This document shows, piece by piece, positions 1 through 8,738 of a stretch of 24,000 bases of DNA. Position 1 is the first letter of the stretch. Each line of letters starts with the position of its first letter. Source of the stretch: Spirulina sp. CS-785/01 (GTDB taxonomy: Bacteria > Cyanobacteriota > Cyanobacteriia > Cyanobacteriales > Spirulinaceae); the NCBI RefSeq assembly GCF_028330525.1, contig NZ_JAQMSD010000250.1, positions 3,565 through 27,564 on the forward strand, in the 5' to 3' direction. The notes beneath the pieces are model-generated. The model was not told where the DNA came from and did no database searches. It saw only the letters and a list, made by a program, of their open reading frames with translations. A program made the position numbers and the translations under genes.

Positions 1-1
1 T

Positions 2-901
2 CCCTTTTTTGAACGGTTTTTCGGGGGACAAATTCCTGATGAACGAGTGCAAGAGGGGTCTGGCTCAGGGTTTATTATTGAGGACGATGGGAAGATTCTC
101 ACTAATGCTCATGTGGTCAGTGGTGCGGATACGGTGACGGTGACGTTAAAAGATGGACGCAGTTTAGATGGCCGTGTGGTGGGGGTTGATCCCATTACGG
201 ATGTGGCCGTGGTAGAGGTGGATGCGGAGAATTTACCTACTGTTGCATTGGGGGATTCTGATAGTCTTGATCCTGGGGAATGGGCGATCGCAATTGGCAA
301 TCCCCTCGGTTTAGATAATACCGTCACTACGGGCATTATTAGTGCCACAGGCCGCACCAGCGCACAAATTGGAGTCCCCGATAAGCGGGTGAATTTCATC
401 CAAACCGATGCAGCAATTAATCCGGGTAACTCTGGTGGCCCATTAATTAATACCCATGGGGAAGTGATCGGGGTGAATACCGCTATTATCCGCAATGCAC
501 AAGGATTAGGGTTTGCTATTCCTATTAATCAAGCGAAGGAAATTGCCGATCAACTGATTGCGGAGGGGTCTGTGGACCATCCTTTCTTGGGCATTCGCAT
601 GACGGAAGTTACCCCAGAAATTGCCGCTAAATTCCAACAAGAGACGGGCCAGCGACTGGGGACCGAGGAAGGAGTGTTAATTGTTGGGGTGATGAATAAT
701 TCCCCTGCGGATCAGAGTGGATTGGAAGCGGGAGATGTGATTAAACGGATTCAAGGCCGAGAAATCACCGAAGCGTCTCAGGTGCAGCAATTGGTGGCTG
801 AGGTAGAAGTGGGGGATGAGTTGCCCATGACGGTGGTCCGGACTGGGAAAACTGTTGATTTAGAGGTGCGTGTTGGAGTCCTCCCACAACCGAACCGTTA
901 A
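2..901 (+). CDS. HtrA/DegP-family serine protease (trypsin-like domain plus one PDZ domain); the 5' end lies upstream of the window
   Basis: The frame of ORF 47..901 stays open back to base 2 ([26 protein letters not shown]), so the GTG at 47 is internal. Catalytic contexts are TNAHVV (His), DVAVVEV (Asp) and GNSGGPL (Ser). There is a PDZ-like [24 protein letters not shown]. Stop TAA is at 899-901. Confidence 0.92.
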   Translation, partial: PFFERFFGGQIPDERVQEGSGSGFIIEDDGKILTNAHVVSGADTVTVTLKDGRSLDGRVVGVDPITDVAVVEVDAENLPTVALGDSDSLDPGEWAIAIGNPLGLDNTVTTGIISATGRTSAQIGVPDKRVNFIQTDAAINPGNSGGPLINTHGEVIGVNTAIIRNAQGLGFAIPINQAKEIADQLIAEGSVDHPFLGIRMTEVTPEIAAKFQQETGQRLGTEEGVLIVGVMNNSPADQSGLEAGDVIKRIQGREITEASQVQQLVAEVEVGDELPMTVVRTGKTVDLEVRVGVLPQPNR

Positions 902-924
902 GGCTAAAATCTGTTCCAACTTCT

Positions 925-2205
925 CTAATTCTTTAACCGATGTTTTGCGTCCACCTGATGGGCTTTTTTCCTCACTAACGGAAAGCCCCATTGGAGCAAT
1001 TTTAACAGGCGAAAGGTTTGGTGAGGGTCTGAGAGATGGGTTTTTGGTAAGGATTGTCCCATAGATTTAAAGACTAACCCCAAGGGGACATTAATCTCAT
1101 CCTGAAGTTGCAGCAAACGGGCAAAGAGGGGCCCATAGGCAGCAATGACGGACCCGACTCCCCCTCGCACTTGGCCCCATCCCATATAGGCTAATCCCTT
1201 ATAATCAGCGAGAAAAGCTCCTCCATAACAGTCCACAATGGGGCCTCGCACTCTCTGAAGGTCTGAGGGGAGGAAAGGATAAGCTACATGATACCCTGTG
1301 GCACAGACAATGAGATCAAATGCCTCAATACTGCCATCGGCAAATTCAACGTTGTCTCCGGCTAACTGTTGGACTTCGGGTTTCGGGGTAATGCGACCGT
1401 GTTTAATATAGTAGGGAACTTCATCATTTAAGGTGGGATGCTTCTCAAAGATGCGATATTGGGGTTTTGTCATCCCGTATTGTTCATGTTTCCCAAAGGT
1501 GAGGCGAATGATACTGTAGGCGAGAAGCCGTTGTAAGGCTTCTGGCATCCAACCTTGGACTATATCAACTAGGGGGACTCCTGCAACGGTTTTGGGGAGA
1601 AACCACACCGACTCTCGCAAACTTAACACACTTCTAGCCCCCACTCGTGCTGCTTCTGCGGCGATGTCACAGGCCGAGTTTCCTCCCCCAATGACTAATA
1701 CTCGTTTTCCTCGTAGTTGGTCGGGTTGTTTATAATCTTTGGAGTGGATGATCTCCCCGCTAAAGTTTCCGGTAAAGTCTGGGAATCGTTTACACCAGTG
1801 ATGGCCATTACATAGGACAACTCCTTTATAAATGCGCTGTTCTCCATTGGCAAAGGTGACTTTCCAGAGGTGATCGGCAATGGGGTGGACTGCGGTGACT
1901 TTGCGTTGTAGTTCAATGTTAGGCCGGAGGTGGAAATGATCGGCAAAATTTTGGAGATAATCCCGCATTTGTTGGGCGCTGGGGAAGTCGGGATAATGCT
2001 CCGGCATGGGATAATGGGTGAATTGGGTGACTTTGCGGGAGGAAATGATATGGGCGGTTTCGTACACACCATGATACCAGTTGCCCCCGACATCATCGCT
2101 GGCATCCACTTGATCATAGGCGATTCCGGCGGCTTTCAGGGCTTGGGCAATGCCTAACCCCACAAACCCTGCACCAAGGATGAGTTGTTTTTGTTGGGTG
2201 TTCAT
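925..2205 (-). CDS. Class B flavin-containing monooxygenase (FMO-type, NAD(P)H/FAD-dependent), 426 aa
   Basis: N-terminal FAD Rossmann motif GAGFVGLG. The fingerprint FSGEIIHSKDYK matches FxGxxxHxxxYK, the FMO variant, rather than the type I BVMO FxGxxxHxxxW[P/D]. A second dinucleotide motif is VIGGGNSACD, and ATGY is present. It is the last gene of a tightly spaced minus-strand operon. Confidence 0.85.
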   Translation of the reverse strand: MNTQQKQLILGAGFVGLGIAQALKAAGIAYDQVDASDDVGGNWYHGVYETAHIISSRKVTQFTHYPMPEHYPDFPSAQQMRDYLQNFADHFHLRPNIELQRKVTAVHPIADHLWKVTFANGEQRIYKGVVLCNGHHWCKRFPDFTGNFSGEIIHSKDYKQPDQLRGKRVLVIGGGNSACDIAAEAARVGARSVLSLRESVWFLPKTVAGVPLVDIVQGWMPEALQRLLAYSIIRLTFGKHEQYGMTKPQYRIFEKHPTLNDEVPYYIKHGRITPKPEVQQLAGDNVEFADGSIEAFDLIVCATGYHVAYPFLPSDLQRVRGPIVDCYGGAFLADYKGLAYMGWGQVRGGVGSVIAAYGPLFARLLQLQDEINVPLGLVFKSMGQSLPKTHLSDPHQTFRLLKLLQWGFPLVRKKAHQVDAKHRLKN

Positions 2206-2274
2206 GGTTGGGTACTGGTTAGAGTGATTTTAATGGGGGAATGGGCTGGGCGCAAGCATCGCGTCCCTACTGAA

Positions 2275-3078
2275 CTACTTTCTGGGCTTGAAGTATTCTG
2301 TCCCCCAATAGACTAAACTGGGGACGTAGCGTTTCAGGAGCGCGAATAATTGGGCTGTGCGATCGGGGAAAACGTGCAGTTTTTCTTGGACTATGGCGTT
2401 GAGGGTACGTTGGATAATGAGGGCGGGATCACTGGCCATACTTTCAATGTCGCCGATTTCTTCGGCTAGACTGCCATAACGTTTAGATTGTAATAAAGGA
2501 GTCCGACTAAAGAAGGGATAAACTCCGGTCACTTTAATGTTATAGGCTTTCACTTCCTGATAAAGTCCTTCGGTGAAGCCCCGTAAGCCGTATTTACTAC
2601 TCCCATAATGGGCCATTCCTGCTAGAGCGATCCAACCTGCAAGGGAGGATATATTAACAATATGTCCTTTGCGTCGTTGAATCATATCCGCCATAAAGAG
2701 GGTACTCAGACGCATGGGGGCCAATAAATTCACCTGCATTAGGGTTTCCCATTGCTCTGGGGGGACTTCATCCATGCGACCATAAAGACCTATTCCGGCA
2801 TTGTTTATGAGAAGATCAACGGGTTGATGTAGGGTTTGGACGGCATCATACAGGGTTTGACTGCCTTGGGGATGGGAGAGATCGATTCCCCAACAGGCTA
2901 GGACTTTTCCGGTGGTGATGTCTTCTTGGAGGGGGGCAACTTGTTGTTGGAGACGGGTTTTATCTAGATCGGTGAGAATTAAATGACTACCTGCTTGTAA
3001 GAGTTGTCGGGTAAACTGTTGGCCAAAGCCTCCTGATGCTCCGGTGAGGACGACTACGGCTTGATTGAGTTCTGTCAT
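2275..3078 (-). CDS. Short-chain dehydrogenase/reductase (classical SDR), 267 aa
   Basis: TGASGGFG cofactor motif, NNAGIG, and catalytic YGSSK (YxxxK). It starts 3 nt after the stop of the upstream SDR gene. Confidence 0.9.
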   Translation of the reverse strand: MTELNQAVVVLTGASGGFGQQFTRQLLQAGSHLILTDLDKTRLQQQVAPLQEDITTGKVLACWGIDLSHPQGSQTLYDAVQTLHQPVDLLINNAGIGLYGRMDEVPPEQWETLMQVNLLAPMRLSTLFMADMIQRRKGHIVNISSLAGWIALAGMAHYGSSKYGLRGFTEGLYQEVKAYNIKVTGVYPFFSRTPLLQSKRYGSLAEEIGDIESMASDPALIIQRTLNAIVQEKLHVFPDRTAQLFALLKRYVPSLVYWGTEYFKPRK

Positions 3079-3081
3079 GGG

Positions 3082-4065
3082 TTAATTTTTGAGTTTGGGA
3101 GAGGCTAAGTTACCCCAGAGCAGTATAAACCAAGGGACTTTCAGATCGGGAATGAGGGGGGCGTATCGACGGAGGGGGGGGAAGGCAGCTAGAAAGAGAA
3201 ACCGTAGGGAACGCAGGGAGACGGGACGATCGCCGTTTTGATCAGAAAAATTATACCGTTGGGCGAGTTCGGCGACAATCTGCATTTTTCCGGTATAACG
3301 CATTTTGTTGGGGTCTGCGGCTAGGGCTGCGATCGCACGTCCCGTCAATAAGGGGGTTTCCCAGTTAATTTTCTCGGCCATGACGACATTACGGGAATCG
3401 GTTTCGGGGTCCATGGTTTGGGCCAATTGGCCCATTTGTTCCGTGCCGACGATACCGGGCCAGATAGACACTGAGGTAATCTGGTAGGGTTTTAATTCGA
3501 CGGCCATATCGGCGGCCAGGCGATCGCACGCTGCCTTTCCGGCCCCATAGGCAACCCCGAAAATATAAGACAGTCCTCCCCAAGAGGAAAGGGTGCAAAT
3601 AAGTCCGTTTTCCCGTTGACTCATCAGACGGGCCGCCAAAATACTACTCACATAATGACTCCGTAACCCCACGTGGTTGACCGCATCCCACAGTTGGGGG
3701 TCATGTTTCCAAAAGGGGTCGCCATAGGCATTAGCAAGGGCCTGCACCCCAGAAAAAACATTATTCACCAGAATATCCAGTTGTCCCTCTTGGTCCCGGT
3801 CAATTTGGGCAAATAATGCCTCAATTTGTTGATCATCGCTATGATCCACTTGAACCGGAATACAAACCCCTCCGGCATCTTCAACGGCCTGTTGCGTCTC
3901 ACTGAGAGTCCCGGTAATATTCTGCGCTACCGCACTAGAAGTCTCAAGACTTCGCCCGGTAATATAAACGGTTGCTCCCGCTTCACCTAACCCAATAGCG
4001 ATGCCTTTTCCCAATCCTCGTGTTGCTCCTGTGACTAGGGCAACTTTACCCTGAAGCTGTTTCAC
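3082..4065 (-). CDS. Short-chain dehydrogenase/reductase with a hydrophobic C-terminal tail, 327 aa
   Basis: TGATRGLGKG cofactor motif, NNV, and catalytic YGAGK. The last ~45 aa are hydrophobic (FLFLAAFPPL...WFILLWGNL), suggesting membrane association. It is the first gene of the minus-strand operon. Confidence 0.88.
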   Translation of the reverse strand: MKQLQGKVALVTGATRGLGKGIAIGLGEAGATVYITGRSLETSSAVAQNITGTLSETQQAVEDAGGVCIPVQVDHSDDQQIEALFAQIDRDQEGQLDILVNNVFSGVQALANAYGDPFWKHDPQLWDAVNHVGLRSHYVSSILAARLMSQRENGLICTLSSWGGLSYIFGVAYGAGKAACDRLAADMAVELKPYQITSVSIWPGIVGTEQMGQLAQTMDPETDSRNVVMAEKINWETPLLTGRAIAALAADPNKMRYTGKMQIVAELAQRYNFSDQNGDRPVSLRSLRFLFLAAFPPLRRYAPLIPDLKVPWFILLWGNLASPKLKN

Positions 4066-4157
4066 AATCTCTGTTAATGAGTGTACTCATTCAAGTTAAC
4101 ATTACGGGTAAGAAAATAGGCAAAACATAAGGATTTTCGGTAATTGGAGAAGCAGGG

Positions 4158-5339
4158 ATGAATGGGGTTTGGTTCGTACAATGGCTGATCTTGGCATTAA
4201 GTGGGGTGGGGATGTTTTTCAGTCTCTGGATTATTATTCCTGCGCCAATTTTTGCCTTATTATCATTAGAAATTGGTGTACGGGAGTTGAGTCCTGGGTT
4301 AGTGGGGTTTAACGCGCTTCTGTTGCTGCTTTCCCGTTTTAGTCCCTTTCCCCTGCTCACCCTCATTTGCAGTGGACTGGGTTTCCTATTCAGTCTGCTC
4401 CCCCTCCTCCAGTTTTACCCCACCCACAAACGCTTTACAAGGACAATAGAGGAGGCTTTGGGGTCTGACGCACTCCAAGCCATTCCCCCCGAAAAACAAG
4501 CCCAAATGCGCCCTAAACCCTTCATTCTGCAAGATATTTTCCGGGGCATCCCCCTCCCTCCGGTTCGTATTGAGCGAGAGATTCCCTTTGCTTGTCCCGA
4601 TGGGGTACAACTCACCCTCAACTGTTACCGTCCTTTAACGGAGGGCAAATATCCAACCCTCATTATGATTTATGGGGGGGCATGGCGACAAGGAACTCCC
4701 CGCAAAAATGAAGCCTTTAGTTGCTATTTTGCCCATCAAGGTTATACTATCTTGGCTATCTCCTACCGTCATACCCCAACTTATCGCTTTCCCGCACAAA
4801 TAGAGGATGTACAAACGGCACTCCAGTATATTCGCAACCATGGGGAGGAGTTAGGGGTTGATCTCAATCGGGTTGTCATCATGGGTCGGTCTGCGGGGGG
4901 ACATTTAGCCATGTTAGCCGGATATACTGAAAGTCCGATTCAGGTTCGGGCTGTAATTAATTATTATGCTCCTGTGAACCTGACGAACGGTTATTATGAT
5001 CTGCCGTTTCCTGATCCTTTAGATACCCGTGCGGTGCTGCGAGACTTACTGGGTGGGACTCCGGAGGAATTCCCAGAGTTGTATAAACAAGCGTCACCGT
5101 GGCATTATCTTCAAGCTGATCTTCCTCCTTCTCTGTTAGTTTATACGGCTCAAGACCATCTGGTTTTAGGGAAGTTTGGCCGCCACCTTTATAAGCGACT
5201 CCGAGGGGATAAGAATTTAGCGGTTTTTCTGGAAGTTCCTTGGGCTGAACACGCTTTTGATGCGGTGTTTTGTGGGATCAGTAATCAGCTTGTTTTATAT
5301 CATACGGAGCGTTTTTTGGCTTGGGCTTTGTTGGATTGA
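4158..5339 (+). CDS. Membrane-anchored alpha/beta-hydrolase (esterase/lipase-like), 393 aa
   Basis: About 95 hydrophobic N-terminal residues (roughly 3 TM helices). Oxyanion-hole-like IYGGAWRQG, nucleophile elbow GRSAGGH (GxSxG), and a late acid/His context (QDHLV, WAEHAF). It is divergent from the SDR operon across a 92-bp spacer. Confidence 0.85.
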   Translation: MNGVWFVQWLILALSGVGMFFSLWIIIPAPIFALLSLEIGVRELSPGLVGFNALLLLLSRFSPFPLLTLICSGLGFLFSLLPLLQFYPTHKRFTRTIEEALGSDALQAIPPEKQAQMRPKPFILQDIFRGIPLPPVRIEREIPFACPDGVQLTLNCYRPLTEGKYPTLIMIYGGAWRQGTPRKNEAFSCYFAHQGYTILAISYRHTPTYRFPAQIEDVQTALQYIRNHGEELGVDLNRVVIMGRSAGGHLAMLAGYTESPIQVRAVINYYAPVNLTNGYYDLPFPDPLDTRAVLRDLLGGTPEEFPELYKQASPWHYLQADLPPSLLVYTAQDHLVLGKFGRHLYKRLRGDKNLAVFLEVPWAEHAFDAVFCGISNQLVLYHTERFLAWALLD

Positions 5340-6214
5340 GCATTTTGTGAAAACCCAAGGCAGATTTGGCGACTCCCCAGAACCTAAAAATCGCTGAAAT
5401 TTGGCTAAAAGCCTTGCTGTAATTGGGTTCTGACTTTCTTTTTAGGCAAACTTTACCCTTTCTCCAACATCTGCCCTCTGCCTTCAGATGCTGGCGACTG
5501 TCCTACACTATTCTTATTAGTGCGAATCGTTCCCTCGAAAGCAAAGGCTGAAATGCCTGAAACGTATGAGGGGCAAGGGTCTCAAGTGAATGAGGAGTAA
5601 TCCAAGTTCCCCCCTGACAACTGTTTCTAAGTCTCGACGGAAATGGTAAAAGTGTAACAACAGATACCAAATCCAAGGTTGAGAAGGGTAGTGTTAAGAG
5701 ATTGTAATAAATCTTAACAATTTGTAACATTCTCTACCCCACGTCTAAAGGCAGCCCCAGTTTTGGGATTGACAACTCCAGGACTGAAGCGGGCTTGGCA
5801 AGGCACTAAAGGTGAACTGACACCTAATAACGTGACCACCGACAATCCGACATGGTTAAATATTACGTTGAATGCTCGACTTGAACCTCAGTCAATAGTG
5901 AGTAGCCAAAATCAGTTGATAGGCTGCGCTCAAAAGAGCAAGGGGAAAGGTAGGGAAATTGATAATTTACCTACACCTAACACTCAGAAATACCCCTGGG
6001 GATAGAGCAAACCTAAATCGGAATTACCCTTAGAAATGGAATGAGATAACCCCATACTCCCTGTCTGATGAACATGGTCGAAAGTCAGACAAGTGATAAG
6101 TCTAAGCGCAAGGGATATGGAGGTGAGATGTAGTAAGAAGCAAATGCCTCACTGTAATGGTAAGGATAAGCTGACGTACTACGGCTTGTAAACCGATACG
6201 AGAGTCCAGTAGCA

Positions 6215-7969
6215 ATGAAAACGTCGATAGCGAGTAAAGGGTTCAAACCCAAGACTACGAACAACAACGAATGGAAGAATCTACCCTGGGGTAAAATCCA
6301 ACGGAAGGTCTTTAAGTTGCAAAAAGCTATCTATCAAGCTGCAAGTCGTGGCAACCGCGTTAAAGCGCGTCGCCTTCAACGTTTGCTTAATAAGTCCTAT
6401 TACGCAAGGTTACTAGCTGTAAGAAAGGTAACTCAGGATAACCAAGGTAAACGAACCGCAGGGATAGACGGAGTCAAATCTGTCAAACCTAAAGACCGGT
6501 TCCTCTTGGCTGAGAAGCTGAAAGAAAACAGCAAAGCCAAAAGCCTAAGACGAATATGGATTCCAAAACCGGGAAGGGATGAAAAACGCCCCCTCGGAAT
6601 ACCAACCATATACGACAGGGCGAAACAAGCCTTGGTTAAACTAGGGTTAGAACCGCAATGGGAAGCTCTATTTGAAGCGGAATCATATGGTTTCAGACCT
6701 GGACGGTCAGCTCACGATGCAATAGATGCCATCTATAAGAAATGTCACAAAACAGAGCAATTCGTACTAGACGCAGATATTGCTAAATGTTTTGACCAGA
6801 TTAACCATGATTACCTTATGTCAAAACTAGATTGTCCCTCTGTGTACAAACGGAGTATCAAACAATGGCTAAAAGCCGGAGTTATGGACAATGGTGTATT
6901 TGAGGCAACAGAAGCGGGAACTCCTCAAGGAGGGGTCATCAGTCCACTCTTAGCTAACATTGCCCTACACGGAATGATTGAATCGGTTGTCAATAGCTTC
7001 CCAAGAACAAAGGTTATTGACGGGAAAAGAGAACAAACCTATAGCCCGAAAATCATTCGATATGCCGACGACTTTGTGGTGTTAGCCAACACACCAGAGG
7101 TTGTACTAGAAGCCCGACAACTTATCGAGGAATGGTTAAAACCAGCTGGCTTACAACTCAAACCAGAAAAGACACGGTTATGTAATACCCTGTCAGAATG
7201 GAATGAAGAAAAACCTGGGTTTGACTTCCTAGGATTCAATATCCGGCACTACCCGGTGAGTATCCATAAAGGGGTCAACACGGGAAGAAGGATAAAACCC
7301 TACCAGTTGAGTATCAAACCCTCCAAGAAAGCTGTGCAAAACCACTACGATGCCTGTAAAGAGGTTATTAAGCGGCACAGAACCGCACCTCAAGCGGCGC
7401 TCATTAATAAACTAAATCCTATCATCAGAGGCTGGAGTAGATATTACTCAACGGTAATATCTAAGGAAACTTTCTCCAAACTCGATCATATGATTTGGAA
7501 TGCACTTAGGGCGTGGACGGTCTCTCGATGTGGAAAAGCATCCTATGAAAAGCTAGGAAACTACTTTGCAATAGGAAAGCATGGGAAATGGACTTTTCAA
7601 ACAAAAGATGGTCTAACCCTGACAAAACATACAGAGACCTCCATTAAGAGACATATCAAAGTTAAGGGGAATAAAACACCCTATGACGGAGACTGGGCTT
7701 ATTGGACAAAACGGATGAGCAAGGGCTACGGTGGTATCTCCACCCGAATCACCAAACTCATAAAACGACAAAAAGGACGGTGTAATCATTGTGGACAGTA
7801 TTTCACACATGAGGACTTGGTTGAGATTGACCATATCCAACCTAAATCCAGAGGTGGTAAGAACGATTATTCTAACCTGCAACTGTTACATCGTCATTGC
7901 CACGACATTAAGTCACAAACTGACAATGCAGCACCCATGACAGGGGATAGCAAGCTAGGAGCCGTGTGA
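6215..7969 (+). CDS. Group II intron-encoded protein: reverse transcriptase, maturase (X/thumb) and HNH endonuclease, 584 aa
   Basis: RT blocks RRIWIPKPGRDEKRPLGIPTIYDR, GFRPGRSAHDAI, LDADIAKCFDQINH, GTPQGGVISPLLANI, YADDFVV and FDFLGF. Maturase motif RGWSRYY. C-terminal HNH: CNHCGQYF...EIDHIQPKSRGGKNDYSNLQLLHRHCH. Confidence 0.96.
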   Translation: MKTSIASKGFKPKTTNNNEWKNLPWGKIQRKVFKLQKAIYQAASRGNRVKARRLQRLLNKSYYARLLAVRKVTQDNQGKRTAGIDGVKSVKPKDRFLLAEKLKENSKAKSLRRIWIPKPGRDEKRPLGIPTIYDRAKQALVKLGLEPQWEALFEAESYGFRPGRSAHDAIDAIYKKCHKTEQFVLDADIAKCFDQINHDYLMSKLDCPSVYKRSIKQWLKAGVMDNGVFEATEAGTPQGGVISPLLANIALHGMIESVVNSFPRTKVIDGKREQTYSPKIIRYADDFVVLANTPEVVLEARQLIEEWLKPAGLQLKPEKTRLCNTLSEWNEEKPGFDFLGFNIRHYPVSIHKGVNTGRRIKPYQLSIKPSKKAVQNHYDACKEVIKRHRTAPQAALINKLNPIIRGWSRYYSTVISKETFSKLDHMIWNALRAWTVSRCGKASYEKLGNYFAIGKHGKWTFQTKDGLTLTKHTETSIKRHIKVKGNKTPYDGDWAYWTKRMSKGYGGISTRITKLIKRQKGRCNHCGQYFTHEDLVEIDHIQPKSRGGKNDYSNLQLLHRHCHDIKSQTDNAAPMTGDSKLGAV

Positions 7970-7992
7970 GGTGAAAGTCTCATGCACGGTTC
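7959..7992 (+). ncRNA. Group II intron domain V (catalytic hairpin)
   Basis: GAGCCGTGTGAGGTGAAAGTCTCATGCACGGTTC is a 34-nt hairpin with a GAAA tetraloop and the conserved 5' AGC-type triad context (GAGCCGU...ACGGUUC). It overlaps the last codons of the IEP ORF. Confidence 0.85.
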
Positions 7993-8606
7993 TGAATGGG
8001 AGGGGGAGGTTGTGAAGCCTCTCTCGACCCCTAATAGCCGTTTTGGCCAGGACCGTCACCGTGCGATCGCCATCCTGATGAGTAATCGACAAAGGGGCCA
8101 GACCCCTTTCATTCCGCAAAATTTGCTGTCCCGTCACCGTCTCCCCATCCAACGTAAAAAACCGCGCCATAGGAATTTCCTCCAGCGTCGTCGGCCTGCC
8201 AATCGCCCCCTCCCGTAACTCCCATTGGGGACTCAGACGAAATCTCCATGTGGATGAGTCCCCTTGGTTAGTTAAATGAGTTAAAGAATAGTTGTGGTCA
8301 GCGTCATGAAAGATTGTATCATTTCTTCACACATCTACTCTCTTTTTCTAAGATTAATTTAATATTTGAAAATCCCAAGAGTATAATAGAATATAAGAAT
8401 CCAAATCCAGAAGAGTAAGTTTTTCCAGAAAGAATAATATCGCAATATTGAATTTTGTCAGTCCCCTGCTCTCAAGAGCTATTATTTTATGTTCAGTATT
8501 GCTTAAAGCCCTTGAGACATGAGGAATAGGGATGTTTTTTGTCTGATCTTTGTATCTTGTTCAACTGTGTCCTCAAAGTCTTGAATCTGTTACTCTTCAC
8601 CTTCAA

Positions 8607-8660
8607 AAATAATGGATTCAGAAATAATGGATTCAGAAATAATGGATTCAAAAATAATAG
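8607..8660. repeat. 15-nt tandem repeat AAATAATGGATTCAG, about 3.6 copies
   Basis: Units lie at 8607-8621, 8622-8636 and 8637-8651 (last base G>A), with a partial unit to 8660. It sits about 80 nt upstream of the giant kinase start and generates the spurious LFLNPLFLNPLFLNP ORF on the minus strand. Confidence 0.95.
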
Positions 8661-8738
8661 AGTAGTTTTTGTCAAACAAGATTTACAAAAATTCATACTT
8701 AGACTCAGTTAGATCACAAAATTCCATTGATTGAACCC

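Larger units (their letters stand above)
5520..8035 (+). mobile_element. Complete group II intron: ribozyme domains I-VI plus an intron-encoded protein in domain IV. Boundaries are estimated to within about 5 nt.
   Basis: GTGCG at 5520-5524, followed by about 695 nt of non-coding structured-looking sequence before the IEP ORF. A canonical 34-nt domain V lies at 7959-7992. The domain VI helix GGGGGAGG (8002-8009) pairs with CCTCTCTC (8018-8025), with an unpaired A at 8027 about 8 nt before a terminal AT at 8034-8035. Intron segments TAGTGT (5689-5694) and TAATAA (5825-5830, also 5705-5710) are complementary to 5'-exon ACACTA (5505-5510) and TTATTA (5514-5519), as expected for EBS2/IBS2 and EBS1/IBS1. 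Confidence 0.85.

Noticed and set aside
109-495. 128-aa minus-strand ORF inside the htrA-like gene. The same class includes 1695..2117, 1930..2157, 3305..3487, 3389..3598, 4091..4366, 4386..4841, 7039..7239, 7613..7882, 10466..11536, 13277..13501, 14536..15532, 17182..18219, 19678..20469 and 20861..21369.
   Set aside because: All are nested antisense or out of frame within genes that carry strong family motifs. They have low-complexity or biased composition and no motifs, as is typical of shadow ORFs.
870-1064. 64-aa plus-strand ORF spanning the htrA stop and the FMO 3' end.
   Set aside because: It overlaps the well-supported C-terminus of the FMO gene on the other strand, and I saw no SD or recognisable motif.
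5503-6267. ORFs 5503..5730 (-), 5763..6005 (+) and 6085..6267 (-).
   Set aside because: They lie inside group II intron ribozyme domains I-III, where open frames arise by chance. The real intron ORF begins at 6215.
7982-8218. 78-aa plus-strand ORF after the IEP gene.
   Set aside because: It starts inside intron domain V/VI and runs across the 3' splice site. It is Arg/Pro-rich with no support.
8607-8660. Considered whether the 15-nt repeats could be a miniature CRISPR array.
   Set aside because: The units are directly abutting with no spacers, are far shorter than CRISPR repeats, and there are no cas genes in the window.
8493-8696. 67-aa minus-strand ORF with LFLNPLFLNPLFLNP.
   Set aside because: The periodic peptide is simply the translation of the 15-nt tandem DNA repeat, and the context is an AT-rich promoter region.
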